Below are positions 37,077-44,793 of a DNA stretch of 57,482 nt, one piece after another. The notes beneath the pieces were generated by a model. The model was given only the letters and a program-made list of their open reading frames with translations, was not told the origin of the DNA and ran no database searches. Positions within the stretch are counted from its first letter, which is position 1, and each line of letters begins with the position of its first letter. The DNA is from an uncultured virus (IMG/VR IMGVR_UViG_3300025840_000014) (lineage: Duplodnaviria; Heunggongvirae; Uroviricota; Caudoviricetes), in the IMG/VR virus record IMGVR_UViG_3300025840_000014, one strand, 5' to 3'. A program made the translations under genes and the position numbers.

Positions 37077-37667
37077 ATGATTGAAGCAAAAACCACTATT
37101 GGCATCTGTTCTGTTGGTCGCATGGGCGCAACGCTCGCCTACAGTTTGAAAGATCAAGGCCACCGCCTTGTCACCTTCGCCGCTGACCGCTCTGATGAAA
37201 CCAAGGCTCGCGCCGAAGAGCATGGTGTAGAACAACTCGATTCAATGGCCGAAGTTATGGAAACGTCCGACTACATCTTCGTGATCACCAACGGTGACGG
37301 TGCTGAAAACATTTGCAAAGAATTGACAAATGGGAAGTACCAAGGCTGCGTAATTGAATCGAACGGCCTATGGGGTTTGGAATCAGAGGAAGAATTCCGT
37401 GGTCGTTACATCGATGCTGGCGTTTCCTATGTGGATGCTTCGCTCTACGGGTGGCCCCACCCCGGACGTGATGGGTACACGAACGAACACACCATCTACC
37501 TTTCGGGCGAAAGGGCCAAGGAAGTCGCCGAACTGTTTGGCGACAGCGGCTACTGGAATATTGAAATCACCGATGAAGGCGATGAACCTGAGCACGCCAA
37601 GGCGTTCCGTCGATACCGCAACGATCGCGAGCGCGCAGAGAACGAGGCCCGAGGTCACCCTGTATGA
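37077..37667 (+). CDS. NAD(P)-binding dehydrogenase (6PGD / 3-hydroxyisobutyrate DH-like N-terminal domain)
   Basis: IGICSVGRMG..LA..L...GH, YVDASLYG.P, IYLSG. Confidence 0.65.
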   Translation: MIEAKTTIGICSVGRMGATLAYSLKDQGHRLVTFAADRSDETKARAEEHGVEQLDSMAEVMETSDYIFVITNGDGAENICKELTNGKYQGCVIESNGLWGLESEEEFRGRYIDAGVSYVDASLYGWPHPGRDGYTNEHTIYLSGERAKEVAELFGDSGYWNIEITDEGDEPEHAKAFRRYRNDRERAENEARGHPV

Positions 37668-38323
37668 AATCGATCCTTCATGGCTACGGGGTCATGGAGT
37701 TCCAAGATGTCGTCGAGATCGACCCAGATTTTTTTGATGGCTGGCTGGAACGCCGTAAGGCTAATGAGCCGAGCGACTATATTCTGCAGGATGACGGTAC
37801 CTACCTCAACCGAGGCGGTTACCGCTTTACCGCAGAACAGGTAAACGAATCTCCAAGCCGCATCTTGCGTCTTGAAGAAAACGCCTCACAGGAAGATATT
37901 GATTTTTATCAGTCCGTGTACAACGGAATGGGCGAATGCATCAAGGTTTACTGCCAGCACTTTCCAGAGGTTGAGCCATGCATCTGGTGGAGGGCTCATC
38001 CGCATGTCGCTACCTATGCCGTAACCGGAAACATGGGTTTCCATCATGACAACCTCATCGGTGACGGTAAAGAAAGCAATAACGCCATTTTTACTGTGCT
38101 GACAGGATCTTTGATTTTGAAAGATCGCTGCGAAGGCGGGAACCTACTGTTCAAGTATGCCGGACTAGATATTGCCCCCAAAGCGGGAAGTGCCTTTATC
38201 TACTCGGCAGGATATTTGGGCACCCATGCCGTAGAGCCTGTCACATCAGGCGAGCGTGTCTCGTACCTTGAATTCTTCGGGCACGGCCCGCAAGAAGGTT
38301 CAACAGAATTTGCTTGGCGTTAA
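37664..38323 (+). CDS. 2OG-Fe(II) oxygenase
   Basis: MGFHHDN...EGGNL.F...THAVEPVTSGERVS. Confidence 0.88.
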   Translation: MKSILHGYGVMEFQDVVEIDPDFFDGWLERRKANEPSDYILQDDGTYLNRGGYRFTAEQVNESPSRILRLEENASQEDIDFYQSVYNGMGECIKVYCQHFPEVEPCIWWRAHPHVATYAVTGNMGFHHDNLIGDGKESNNAIFTVLTGSLILKDRCEGGNLLFKYAGLDIAPKAGSAFIYSAGYLGTHAVEPVTSGERVSYLEFFGHGPQEGSTEFAWR

Positions 38324-39336
38324 CGCCTAACAGGGATCGGCCAAGTCTCTCCGTACTCAAGTTTCTCGCCAGTCGGAGGACCCTCAGTTGAGCGCTCCTG
38401 ATTGTGGACAGTTGCGGCGTCAAGTCCGACAGCCCGACTGTTCTCGCTTGAGAAATGTGAATATTCGGACTGCATGAACCGCGCGGTGTCCTGATACAAG
38501 AACGGCATCCACACTGGACACAGCCAGTCGACGCTCTCGTTCGGCTCTTTCACTTCGTACTTGTGAAGACCACCGTGGCCGTACTGAGCCAAATAGGTGT
38601 AACGCTCGCCGGAAGTAACTGGGGCAACCCCATGGGTTCCCATGTAGTTCGCCGGGAAGAAAATCATGTCGCCACGCTTCGGCTTGACACTAATGTCGAG
38701 ATACGGGAAGTGCATCTCTCCGCCCTCGTACTCCTCGTTGAGATACACCAAACAGTTGGTCACCTGATACATCGCAATCTCGCGGCCAGACAGGTGGCGC
38801 TGCCCATCGATGATCAGCGAGTTGGTGTCGTTGTCGTTGTGAATCCCAAGTGATGCTCCGGGCAGGTACTTGAGGCAATGGCCTCGGGCTCTCCACCACA
38901 ACTGGTTCACGACGAGCGGGTACAGGTCGACGTATCGACAGAGCGCGAAGTACATCGTCTCTTCGAAATTTTCGAAAATCTCTCGAATGTTCTCTGGCGT
39001 TGTGGGATTGACCGGCTCTGGCATTCCCATTCCGCCGACCCGCATCGGGAGGGCTAGGAGGTCGTCCATTGAGACGATTTTCCCGTCGAAGGTTTCGCCA
39101 TGGAGCATGTTGCCTTCGTCATCTTTGATGATTTCCAGACCGCATGAAGGAACGTACGACATCATGTCGATGTAGGGCAGCAAAACGTCCGAGTCGAAAT
39201 CAACTGCTCCGTGGAAATGCACGACACCACCGGGGTGATTCGTGTATTCGAGATCGGCGATCAGTTTGAAATCGCTGTCAGTCAACTTGTGGTAGGCGTG
39301 CTTGATGTTGTCTTCGGGTCCGTATAGCCGAGCCAT
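38320..39336 (-). CDS. 2OG-Fe(II) oxygenase (paralogue of 36227 and 37664 genes)
   Basis: LGIHND...YLNEEYEGGE...FFPANYMGTHGVAPVTSGERYT. Confidence 0.9.
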   Translation of the reverse strand: MARLYGPEDNIKHAYHKLTDSDFKLIADLEYTNHPGGVVHFHGAVDFDSDVLLPYIDMMSYVPSCGLEIIKDDEGNMLHGETFDGKIVSMDDLLALPMRVGGMGMPEPVNPTTPENIREIFENFEETMYFALCRYVDLYPLVVNQLWWRARGHCLKYLPGASLGIHNDNDTNSLIIDGQRHLSGREIAMYQVTNCLVYLNEEYEGGEMHFPYLDISVKPKRGDMIFFPANYMGTHGVAPVTSGERYTYLAQYGHGGLHKYEVKEPNESVDWLCPVWMPFLYQDTARFMQSEYSHFSSENSRAVGLDAATVHNQERSTEGPPTGEKLEYGETWPIPVRR

Positions 39337-39345
39337 TTTCGTTCC

Positions 39346-40128
39346 TTAGTTTGTGGGTAGTTTGCGAGCGATAACCAATCCGTTTTGGAAGGCCACATGA
39401 CGAGAATACACGTTTTCTTTGCTCGCAATGTAACGGCTCTGGTCTGCCCAAAACGATTGATGAACCGTGAGGTCATCGAGATACATTCCGGTTCCATGCG
39501 CCATGCCGCGACCCATGAAAAGACCACCGGGTTTTAGGCAGTCAAACAATTTGTCAATGATTGTTTCGGTGCAGTTGACGAACTGGTGTACGCCGAGGCG
39601 AATGACGTCGAACATCTCGCCGAGCGATCCGTCCATGATTTCCTGATACGTGACCTGACCGTAAACAAGGTCTTCGTAATCCGGATAGTCGGCAGACGTC
39701 TCAAGCGTTTTTTCGAAAATTCTTGCTTCTACCTCGTTGAGGATGTACGTCTGCACATTTCCTGTTCGGAGGTTGACATCGATTGGCCAGAACGGGGGGA
39801 GCCCAGAGGTCAACTCGACAATCGGCTCGTCTTTGACGTATGAAAAATCCTGATACATCTCGACAAAGGTTGTGGTCATCGCGCCCATCGCCCATGCTGA
39901 TTCGATCCATTCGGGCGCCATGCCGACGTAGGAGCGGTGCCGGTAGAAGTAGTGGTCATCTCCCGTGGCGATCTCTCGGCTGTCAACGGCAGCGAGATCG
40001 TTCAGGTTTGATCCGACTGTCCCATAATCGGACATGATCCCAACTTTGGAATCCCATTCTTCACCGGTCTGCCCGTTGGAAAGGTAACGTGCTACTCGGT
40101 TTCTTGCGATCGAAGGATTAATACTCAT
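39346..40128 (-). CDS. Methyltransferase-fold-like protein
   Basis: FDVI...LFDCLKPGGLF resembles class I SAM-methyltransferase motifs; motif I (GxG) is not clear. Confidence 0.5.
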   Translation of the reverse strand: MSINPSIARNRVARYLSNGQTGEEWDSKVGIMSDYGTVGSNLNDLAAVDSREIATGDDHYFYRHRSYVGMAPEWIESAWAMGAMTTTFVEMYQDFSYVKDEPIVELTSGLPPFWPIDVNLRTGNVQTYILNEVEARIFEKTLETSADYPDYEDLVYGQVTYQEIMDGSLGEMFDVIRLGVHQFVNCTETIIDKLFDCLKPGGLFMGRGMAHGTGMYLDDLTVHQSFWADQSRYIASKENVYSRHVAFQNGLVIARKLPTN

Positions 40129-40453
40129 TTTCGCTCAACCATTTCGCTAGGTGCAGTTCACGCCAGTGGCGGCGAGCCACATTAGTGAGTTTGTTTTGCT
40201 GTTTACGGATGAACGCCTGAGATCCGATGTAATACCGGTTTTTGCCCTCGATGGCATCTTCGGTCAGCATCGACTCGCCATAATCAAAAACGTCCAGAAT
40301 TCCTGCGATGATCTCGTCGATGGTTACCGTGTCGATGTTTGCTGGGTCGAGCCCGGCAATCATCATTGCGACTGCGACCTCACCTTCGATCCATTCGATA
40401 TTTGCGGCGTTGTCATAGAGAGGCTTGGCGTCAGTCGAGGTGTGCTTAGGCAT
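40118..40453 (-). CDS. Hypothetical protein (paralogue of 47129..47416)
   Basis: Overlaps both neighbours; MPK start, GLDPANIDTVTIDE, ends AKWLSENEY. Confidence 0.7.
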   Translation of the reverse strand: MPKHTSTDAKPLYDNAANIEWIEGEVAVAMMIAGLDPANIDTVTIDEIIAGILDVFDYGESMLTEDAIEGKNRYYIGSQAFIRKQQNKLTNVARRHWRELHLAKWLSENEY

Positions 40454-40673
40454 TGCTGGCTTCTTCCTCTAAGGGGTCGAAAAGAGTGGTTCCGCAAATA
40501 AACGCTTCACCTGTTCCCGGTCGCACTGCCGCTCCAGCCTCTGAAGACCAGAAAAAAACTTCTGTGCTGTCTTCCTCTTGGCCCTTTGGGGTCGTGTACA
40601 GGCCGTGTTGAGCGAGGCGGTCTTCCCATTTGATTGGGCGAGAGCGGCGAAGTGATTCGCTGCTGAAGTTCAT
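40446..40673 (-). CDS. Small hypothetical protein
   Basis: Translationally coupled to its neighbours; acidic end LFDPLEEEASNA. Confidence 0.6.
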   Translation of the reverse strand: MNFSSESLRRSRPIKWEDRLAQHGLYTTPKGQEEDSTEVFFWSSEAGAAVRPGTGEAFICGTTLFDPLEEEASNA

Positions 40674-40888
40674 GACGCAGCAGGGATCGCGCTCAACGCC
40701 TCCAGTTGTTTCTGCAGTGACAGGTACTGGTCGTACTGCGGATGACCTTCGGCGACAGGGATAGTGTAAGGATGGTCTACTGAAGCAGGGTCAACACCCA
40801 GAAGCAGGCACAGAACGTAAATTGAATATTCGAGAAATGCTCTCGCTTCAGATTCCGCTTGCGCTTGACGTGATGCGCTTAGTGCCAT
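40670..40888 (-). CDS. Small helical G(I/V)DP-family protein
   Basis: GGAG RBS; LLLGVDPASVD. Confidence 0.7.
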   Translation of the reverse strand: MALSASRQAQAESEARAFLEYSIYVLCLLLGVDPASVDHPYTIPVAEGHPQYDQYLSLQKQLEALSAIPAAS

Positions 40889-40906
40889 GTTGGGTCTCCA
40901 CTTCTA

Positions 40907-41122
40907 TCAGAGCGTCTGAACCCAGTCTAGCCGATCAAGCCAAGTGCGGAGTTCATCCTGCCCGAGCGAGCCGTCAGATGTGAACGTGGCCGAGTCGAGG
41001 TCGGCAGGGTCGATGCCTTCCTGCCACGAGCAGCGGAAAACGTTCTCTTCAATGATGCGAAGCGCCTCAGACTTGGCTGTGGCTTTCTCGTCTGAGTGGA
41101 AAAGATCAGAAAAAATCATCAT
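40907..41122 (-). CDS. Small helical G(I/V)DP-family protein
   Basis: WQEGIDPADLD; overlap with the upstream gene. Confidence 0.7.
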   Translation of the reverse strand: MMIFSDLFHSDEKATAKSEALRIIEENVFRCSWQEGIDPADLDSATFTSDGSLGQDELRTWLDRLDWVQTL

Positions 41123-41337
41123 GCACCAGCCTTCAGGTCAGCGAGTTCGCCGAGCAAACGCGACAGTTCGGCGTGGTAGGTGTCCGAACCTTCGGGAGCG
41201 GTGTAGGAATCACCGAGATCGGCGGGGTCGATCCCGCAGACAACGGCGTAAGTCCAGACGTGCTGCTCTTTGCCGGCGATGATAAGCGTTTTTGCCGAAT
41301 TCTTGTATTCGTCAGAAATGTTGTTCAAGGCAACCAT
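41119..41337 (-). CDS. Small helical G(I/V)DP-family protein
   Basis: Likely start ATG at 41337 after GGGGG; VVCGIDPADLG. Confidence 0.7.
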   Translation of the reverse strand: MVALNNISDEYKNSAKTLIIAGKEQHVWTYAVVCGIDPADLGDSYTAPEGSDTYHAELSRLLGELADLKAGA

Positions 41338-41373
41338 GTGTAAACCCCCGTAGGAAACGGTGTGTGCCTTGTA

Positions 41374-41382
41374 AGTATACCA
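41374..41382 (-). promoter_or_regulatory. Extended -10 promoter TGGTATACT driving the minus-strand operon
   Basis: Reverse complement of AGTATACCA in the divergent intergenic gap. Confidence 0.55.
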
Positions 41383-41425
41383 GTCACGTTCATCGGCTAG
41401 AACGAACATCATGTAAGATAATGGC

Positions 41426-42088
41426 ATGACGATGAGCACAGAAACCGTTATTTCACAGGAAATGCTTGACGTTTTGACGAGCATTCATGACCTTGGTCCG
41501 ACTTCCGATGGCGAAAGCGTTTACGACATCGAAGTGCGCGACGTCACCGGCGACAAAAACGCCTTAGCCGACCGAAAAGGCAAGGTGACCATGATTGTCA
41601 ACGTCACTGGCGAATGCGGCAACTCAATGCAGTACCCGATCCTTCAGGTCCTCCAGTACGACTACGCCAATACTGGCTTTTCGATCGTTTGTGTCCCCAC
41701 GAACGATTACTGCGAGTTTGGTTACGGCGAATTCAAAGACTCTCGAAGCAGCGCTGAGGATTGTGAGCGGTTTGCCCACAGTCACTACCGGGTCCGACTG
41801 CCCTTTACCGAACTGGTCACGTCACGCTACAGTCGCGATGATGACGACGACACCTTTGAACCACACCCTCTGTACAAGCGCCTCGGTGCGGGAACTGCCC
41901 CCATCCTCGGCAATTTCGAGAAGTTCATCGTTTCCAAGGACGGCAAGCGTGTTTGTCGATTCACAAATGGCAGCCTTCTCCCGGCCAACTTCGAAATGGG
42001 GAAGGACAACTACTCCCCCGAAGAAGCGCTTGAGCGGATTCGCGCCGCGATCAACATGTTTTTGGCGGAGCCCGACCCCGAAGGCTGA
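41426..42088 (+). CDS. Glutathione peroxidase-family protein (Cys-type, atypical)
   Basis: GKV.MIVNVTGECG...QY, VPTNDYC, HPLYK.L, NFEKFIV.KDG. Confidence 0.85.
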   Translation: MTMSTETVISQEMLDVLTSIHDLGPTSDGESVYDIEVRDVTGDKNALADRKGKVTMIVNVTGECGNSMQYPILQVLQYDYANTGFSIVCVPTNDYCEFGYGEFKDSRSSAEDCERFAHSHYRVRLPFTELVTSRYSRDDDDDTFEPHPLYKRLGAGTAPILGNFEKFIVSKDGKRVCRFTNGSLLPANFEMGKDNYSPEEALERIRAAINMFLAEPDPEG

Positions 42089-42090
42089 AA

Positions 42091-43050
42091 ATGCATAACT
42101 TCATGGTTGTTGGCGCAACCATCGAAGATGTCGAAAGCAACCCCAGCGAATTCATTGACATCTTCCGCGAGCATGGGCTTATCGGTTTCCGAGATAGCAA
42201 TTGCGTCGATCCAGCAGTAGACCCAATACGACTTCTTGATGCGTTCGCACAAGAACTTTCGTGGACGCCCCACCCGGCTCAACCCGACGGAAGCCTTTCA
42301 GGTAGTTGGGGCTACCTCCAACAGTACGACGACGTTCTGGCGGAACGCGAAGTCGACGTCTCCGAGGACTTGATCCAGTGGCATATCGAAGGAATTTCGA
42401 AGTTGCGCACACAGGCCGCTGCTGCTTGGTTCATGTATAAATTTAGCGCCGCTCCCGGAACGGGATCAACCGGCTTTGTCGACATGTCGAAGTTGCTTGA
42501 CAAAATGCCGGACAACTTCCGCGAAATCGCCGAGCGGGCGGCCACAGTTCATTACCCGCCGTTCCCCTCCACGACAGAAGACATCGAGTCGTTCAGAACT
42601 CAGCGCGACAATCTGCGGAACGTCCTTGCTGTCCCAGCAGGAGACGGGCGTGACGTTTTGGCGTTCCCCCGTCAAGTTGTCGAACATCATCCAGATTTTG
42701 GATTTGATGTCCTGCGTCTCTGTCCCTGCCGTGAATGGTTTGGTTGCCAGCACCACATTTACAGCATCGACGGAGAACGCCCGGAGGCAAACGACCTCGA
42801 TCTTTTTTTTAGGATGCAAGATTGGGTAAACCGTGAAATCGTGTCGGTCAAAGAGAATCAAATTTTCTGGGACTGGGCCGAAGGCGACGTAGTGATTCCT
42901 GATTTGTTCAGGATGGCTCATGGCGTGCGTGGCGGCTTTACACCGGGTCAACGGTATTTCCAAGGATATTGGGCTTTCCCCGTTGGCGTGGCCCAATACG
43001 CTGAGTATTTCGCGGACCCCGACTCTGCTAATGTGAACGCTCATGAGTGA
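42091..43050 (+). CDS. TauD/TfdA-family dioxygenase
   Basis: HGLIGFR, WHIE (HxE), G.TGFVDM, W.EGDVVIPD...AH...R. Confidence 0.8.
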   Translation: MHNFMVVGATIEDVESNPSEFIDIFREHGLIGFRDSNCVDPAVDPIRLLDAFAQELSWTPHPAQPDGSLSGSWGYLQQYDDVLAEREVDVSEDLIQWHIEGISKLRTQAAAAWFMYKFSAAPGTGSTGFVDMSKLLDKMPDNFREIAERAATVHYPPFPSTTEDIESFRTQRDNLRNVLAVPAGDGRDVLAFPRQVVEHHPDFGFDVLRLCPCREWFGCQHHIYSIDGERPEANDLDLFFRMQDWVNREIVSVKENQIFWDWAEGDVVIPDLFRMAHGVRGGFTPGQRYFQGYWAFPVGVAQYAEYFADPDSANVNAHE

Positions 43051-43204
43051 CATGCCATTCGACACCAAAGCCGTGATTGAGGACCTTTCCGAGCAGGTCA
43101 AACAGTTGTCGTTGAATAACACGATTCTTCGATCGATGGTTCAGACTGCTCAGCGTCAGATCCAAGAACTACAGGAGCAAATGGCGGAACCGCCGGCCGA
43201 GTGA
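43043..43204 (+). CDS. Small coiled-coil protein, 53 aa (not in ORF track)
   Basis: MSDMPFDTKAVIEDLSEQVKQLSLNNTILRSMVQTAQRQIQELQEQMAEPPAE fills the gap exactly. Confidence 0.65.
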   Translation: MSDMPFDTKAVIEDLSEQVKQLSLNNTILRSMVQTAQRQIQELQEQMAEPPAE

Positions 43205-43205
43205 C

Positions 43206-43625
43206 ATGGACCGTGTTGTTTATTGCCCTGATGAACAGAGGCTGCCCGAAGCAGAGCATCTGGCCAAAGAGTGGAACGTTTCCGTTCAATTGGGCGATTC
43301 ACCCCGAACTTTAAATCTTGATTTTGATCGAGACAATGTCTGCTTGATTGGCATCCCCATGGAGCAATGGTTCTCTGTCAAACCAAGAAAGCCGGGAAGG
43401 AACAGGAAAATCACCGCTCATTACGTTGACGAGTTCCATCCAACAAAAGATGTGTACCTTGAGTGCGAGCACGAGAATGGCCAGATCTTTACATTTCCGT
43501 ATGAGGTTCTATCCGGGAAACATAAATCAGTTTTTTGTATCCAATTGCAAGTCCCCGGTAAGTACAAACTCAAGGCTTGCGACCAAGACGGGGTAATTGC
43601 CGTAGAGGAAATCGAAGTTATATGA
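43206..43625 (+). CDS. Hypothetical protein (beta-rich C-terminus)
   Basis: Tightly packed in the operon. Confidence 0.6.
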   Translation: MDRVVYCPDEQRLPEAEHLAKEWNVSVQLGDSPRTLNLDFDRDNVCLIGIPMEQWFSVKPRKPGRNRKITAHYVDEFHPTKDVYLECEHENGQIFTFPYEVLSGKHKSVFCIQLQVPGKYKLKACDQDGVIAVEEIEVI

Positions 43626-44215
43626 CAACAGCATCAATTCGAGGAAAACTTGAATCTCTTATCCAAGTTTACGATCTGGATATCGCAGACGACTGCGAGA
43701 GTTTGGTTGAGTCGGTTGAGACTTATCCGTATCTGTCTGACTTTCCGACATCGTGGACGCAGGGTAAAACTGGGTCTTCAACTGTAAGCAATTACAGGAC
43801 TTCACAGTTTCTCCACATGAATCCTATGATTGAAACGCCCGAACTCGACACGCATCCAATGACAGTTCCGTTCAGAAATATGCTGTGGGAGATTGATAAA
43901 AAAATTATCGAGTATCGAGATGAACATGATCTTCACCTGAACAAGGATGAGGTTTGGGGTCTAAATAAATACGGTGTAGGTGGCCAGTATAAAGCGCACT
44001 ATGATCACGGCCCGAACTCCCCCAGATTACTGAGTGCAGTTGCTTTCGTAAATGACGATTTTGAAGGCGGAGAACTTCAGTTCCAGTATTTCAATAAAAG
44101 CATTCATCCTAAAACTGGGCGCCTAGTTCTTTTTCCGTCATCTTTCATTTACCGACATTCGTCTATTCCAGTCGAGGAAGGTGTCAAGTACTCTTTAGTG
44201 ACTTGGTTGATATGA
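43622..44215 (+). CDS. 2OG-Fe(II) oxygenase, prolyl-4-hydroxylase-like
   Basis: KYGVGGQYKAHYD...VNDDFEGGEL.F...FPSSFIYRH...GVKYS. ATG 43622. Confidence 0.9.
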   Translation: MTTASIRGKLESLIQVYDLDIADDCESLVESVETYPYLSDFPTSWTQGKTGSSTVSNYRTSQFLHMNPMIETPELDTHPMTVPFRNMLWEIDKKIIEYRDEHDLHLNKDEVWGLNKYGVGGQYKAHYDHGPNSPRLLSAVAFVNDDFEGGELQFQYFNKSIHPKTGRLVLFPSSFIYRHSSIPVEEGVKYSLVTWLI

Positions 44216-44790
44216 GCACAATCGAAAATATTACAGACTTTGTCACTAAGTACAGCGGGTTCATGAACCCGGATTTACTTCCAGTTGACGAAATCATGAA
44301 GGAGGCCTCCCGCGATTGGGGATTTATCTCTTTCGGTGGTGGCAGCAGCAATCAGGCTGGCTTGGCCAATTCGTCGCGTGCTTCTTTGGATGCTTTGTTT
44401 CAACCAAAGATTTGGGGTCATCTTGAATCCATCAAAGACTGGTATTCAAGCGAGTACGAGAACGCATCTGAAGCAGCACTGAAAGATTACATCGCTGAAT
44501 GGGAGCCTGACTTGCACGAATCAAGTCAAGGTGATTTGATTAAAATTTCGAAAAATCCTTCAGACGGAGGTTGCGAAAGCGCAGCAATCGAGGCGCCTCA
44601 CTCAATTGGCGCGGTTGCTGTTATCACCTGTCTGGGTCATGACGGTGGGTTTGTGAACTTCACAAATTTTGACGATTTACGTATCCCGATTACGCCAACG
44701 GAAATTATTATTGCTCCTGCCGATTTCCCGTTCAGAAAGAAATTCGGAACTTCTGGCGAAACTCTTTACTTGACGCGCTATCTGAAGTAA
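44212..44790 (+). CDS. Degenerate 2OG-Fe(II) oxygenase-like protein
   Basis: C-terminus aligns by eye with the upstream oxygenase (AVA...GG...F..F...P.DFPFR) but lacks the HxD and distal His ligands. Confidence 0.5.
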   Translation: MSTIENITDFVTKYSGFMNPDLLPVDEIMKEASRDWGFISFGGGSSNQAGLANSSRASLDALFQPKIWGHLESIKDWYSSEYENASEAALKDYIAEWEPDLHESSQGDLIKISKNPSDGGCESAAIEAPHSIGAVAVITCLGHDGGFVNFTNFDDLRIPITPTEIIIAPADFPFRKKFGTSGETLYLTRYLK

Positions 44791-44793
44791 GCC

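Noticed and set aside
41426..42088. Selenocysteine or stop-codon recoding
   Set aside because: The GPx active-site codon is TGC. Genes across the window are intact under the standard code and use all three stops normally.
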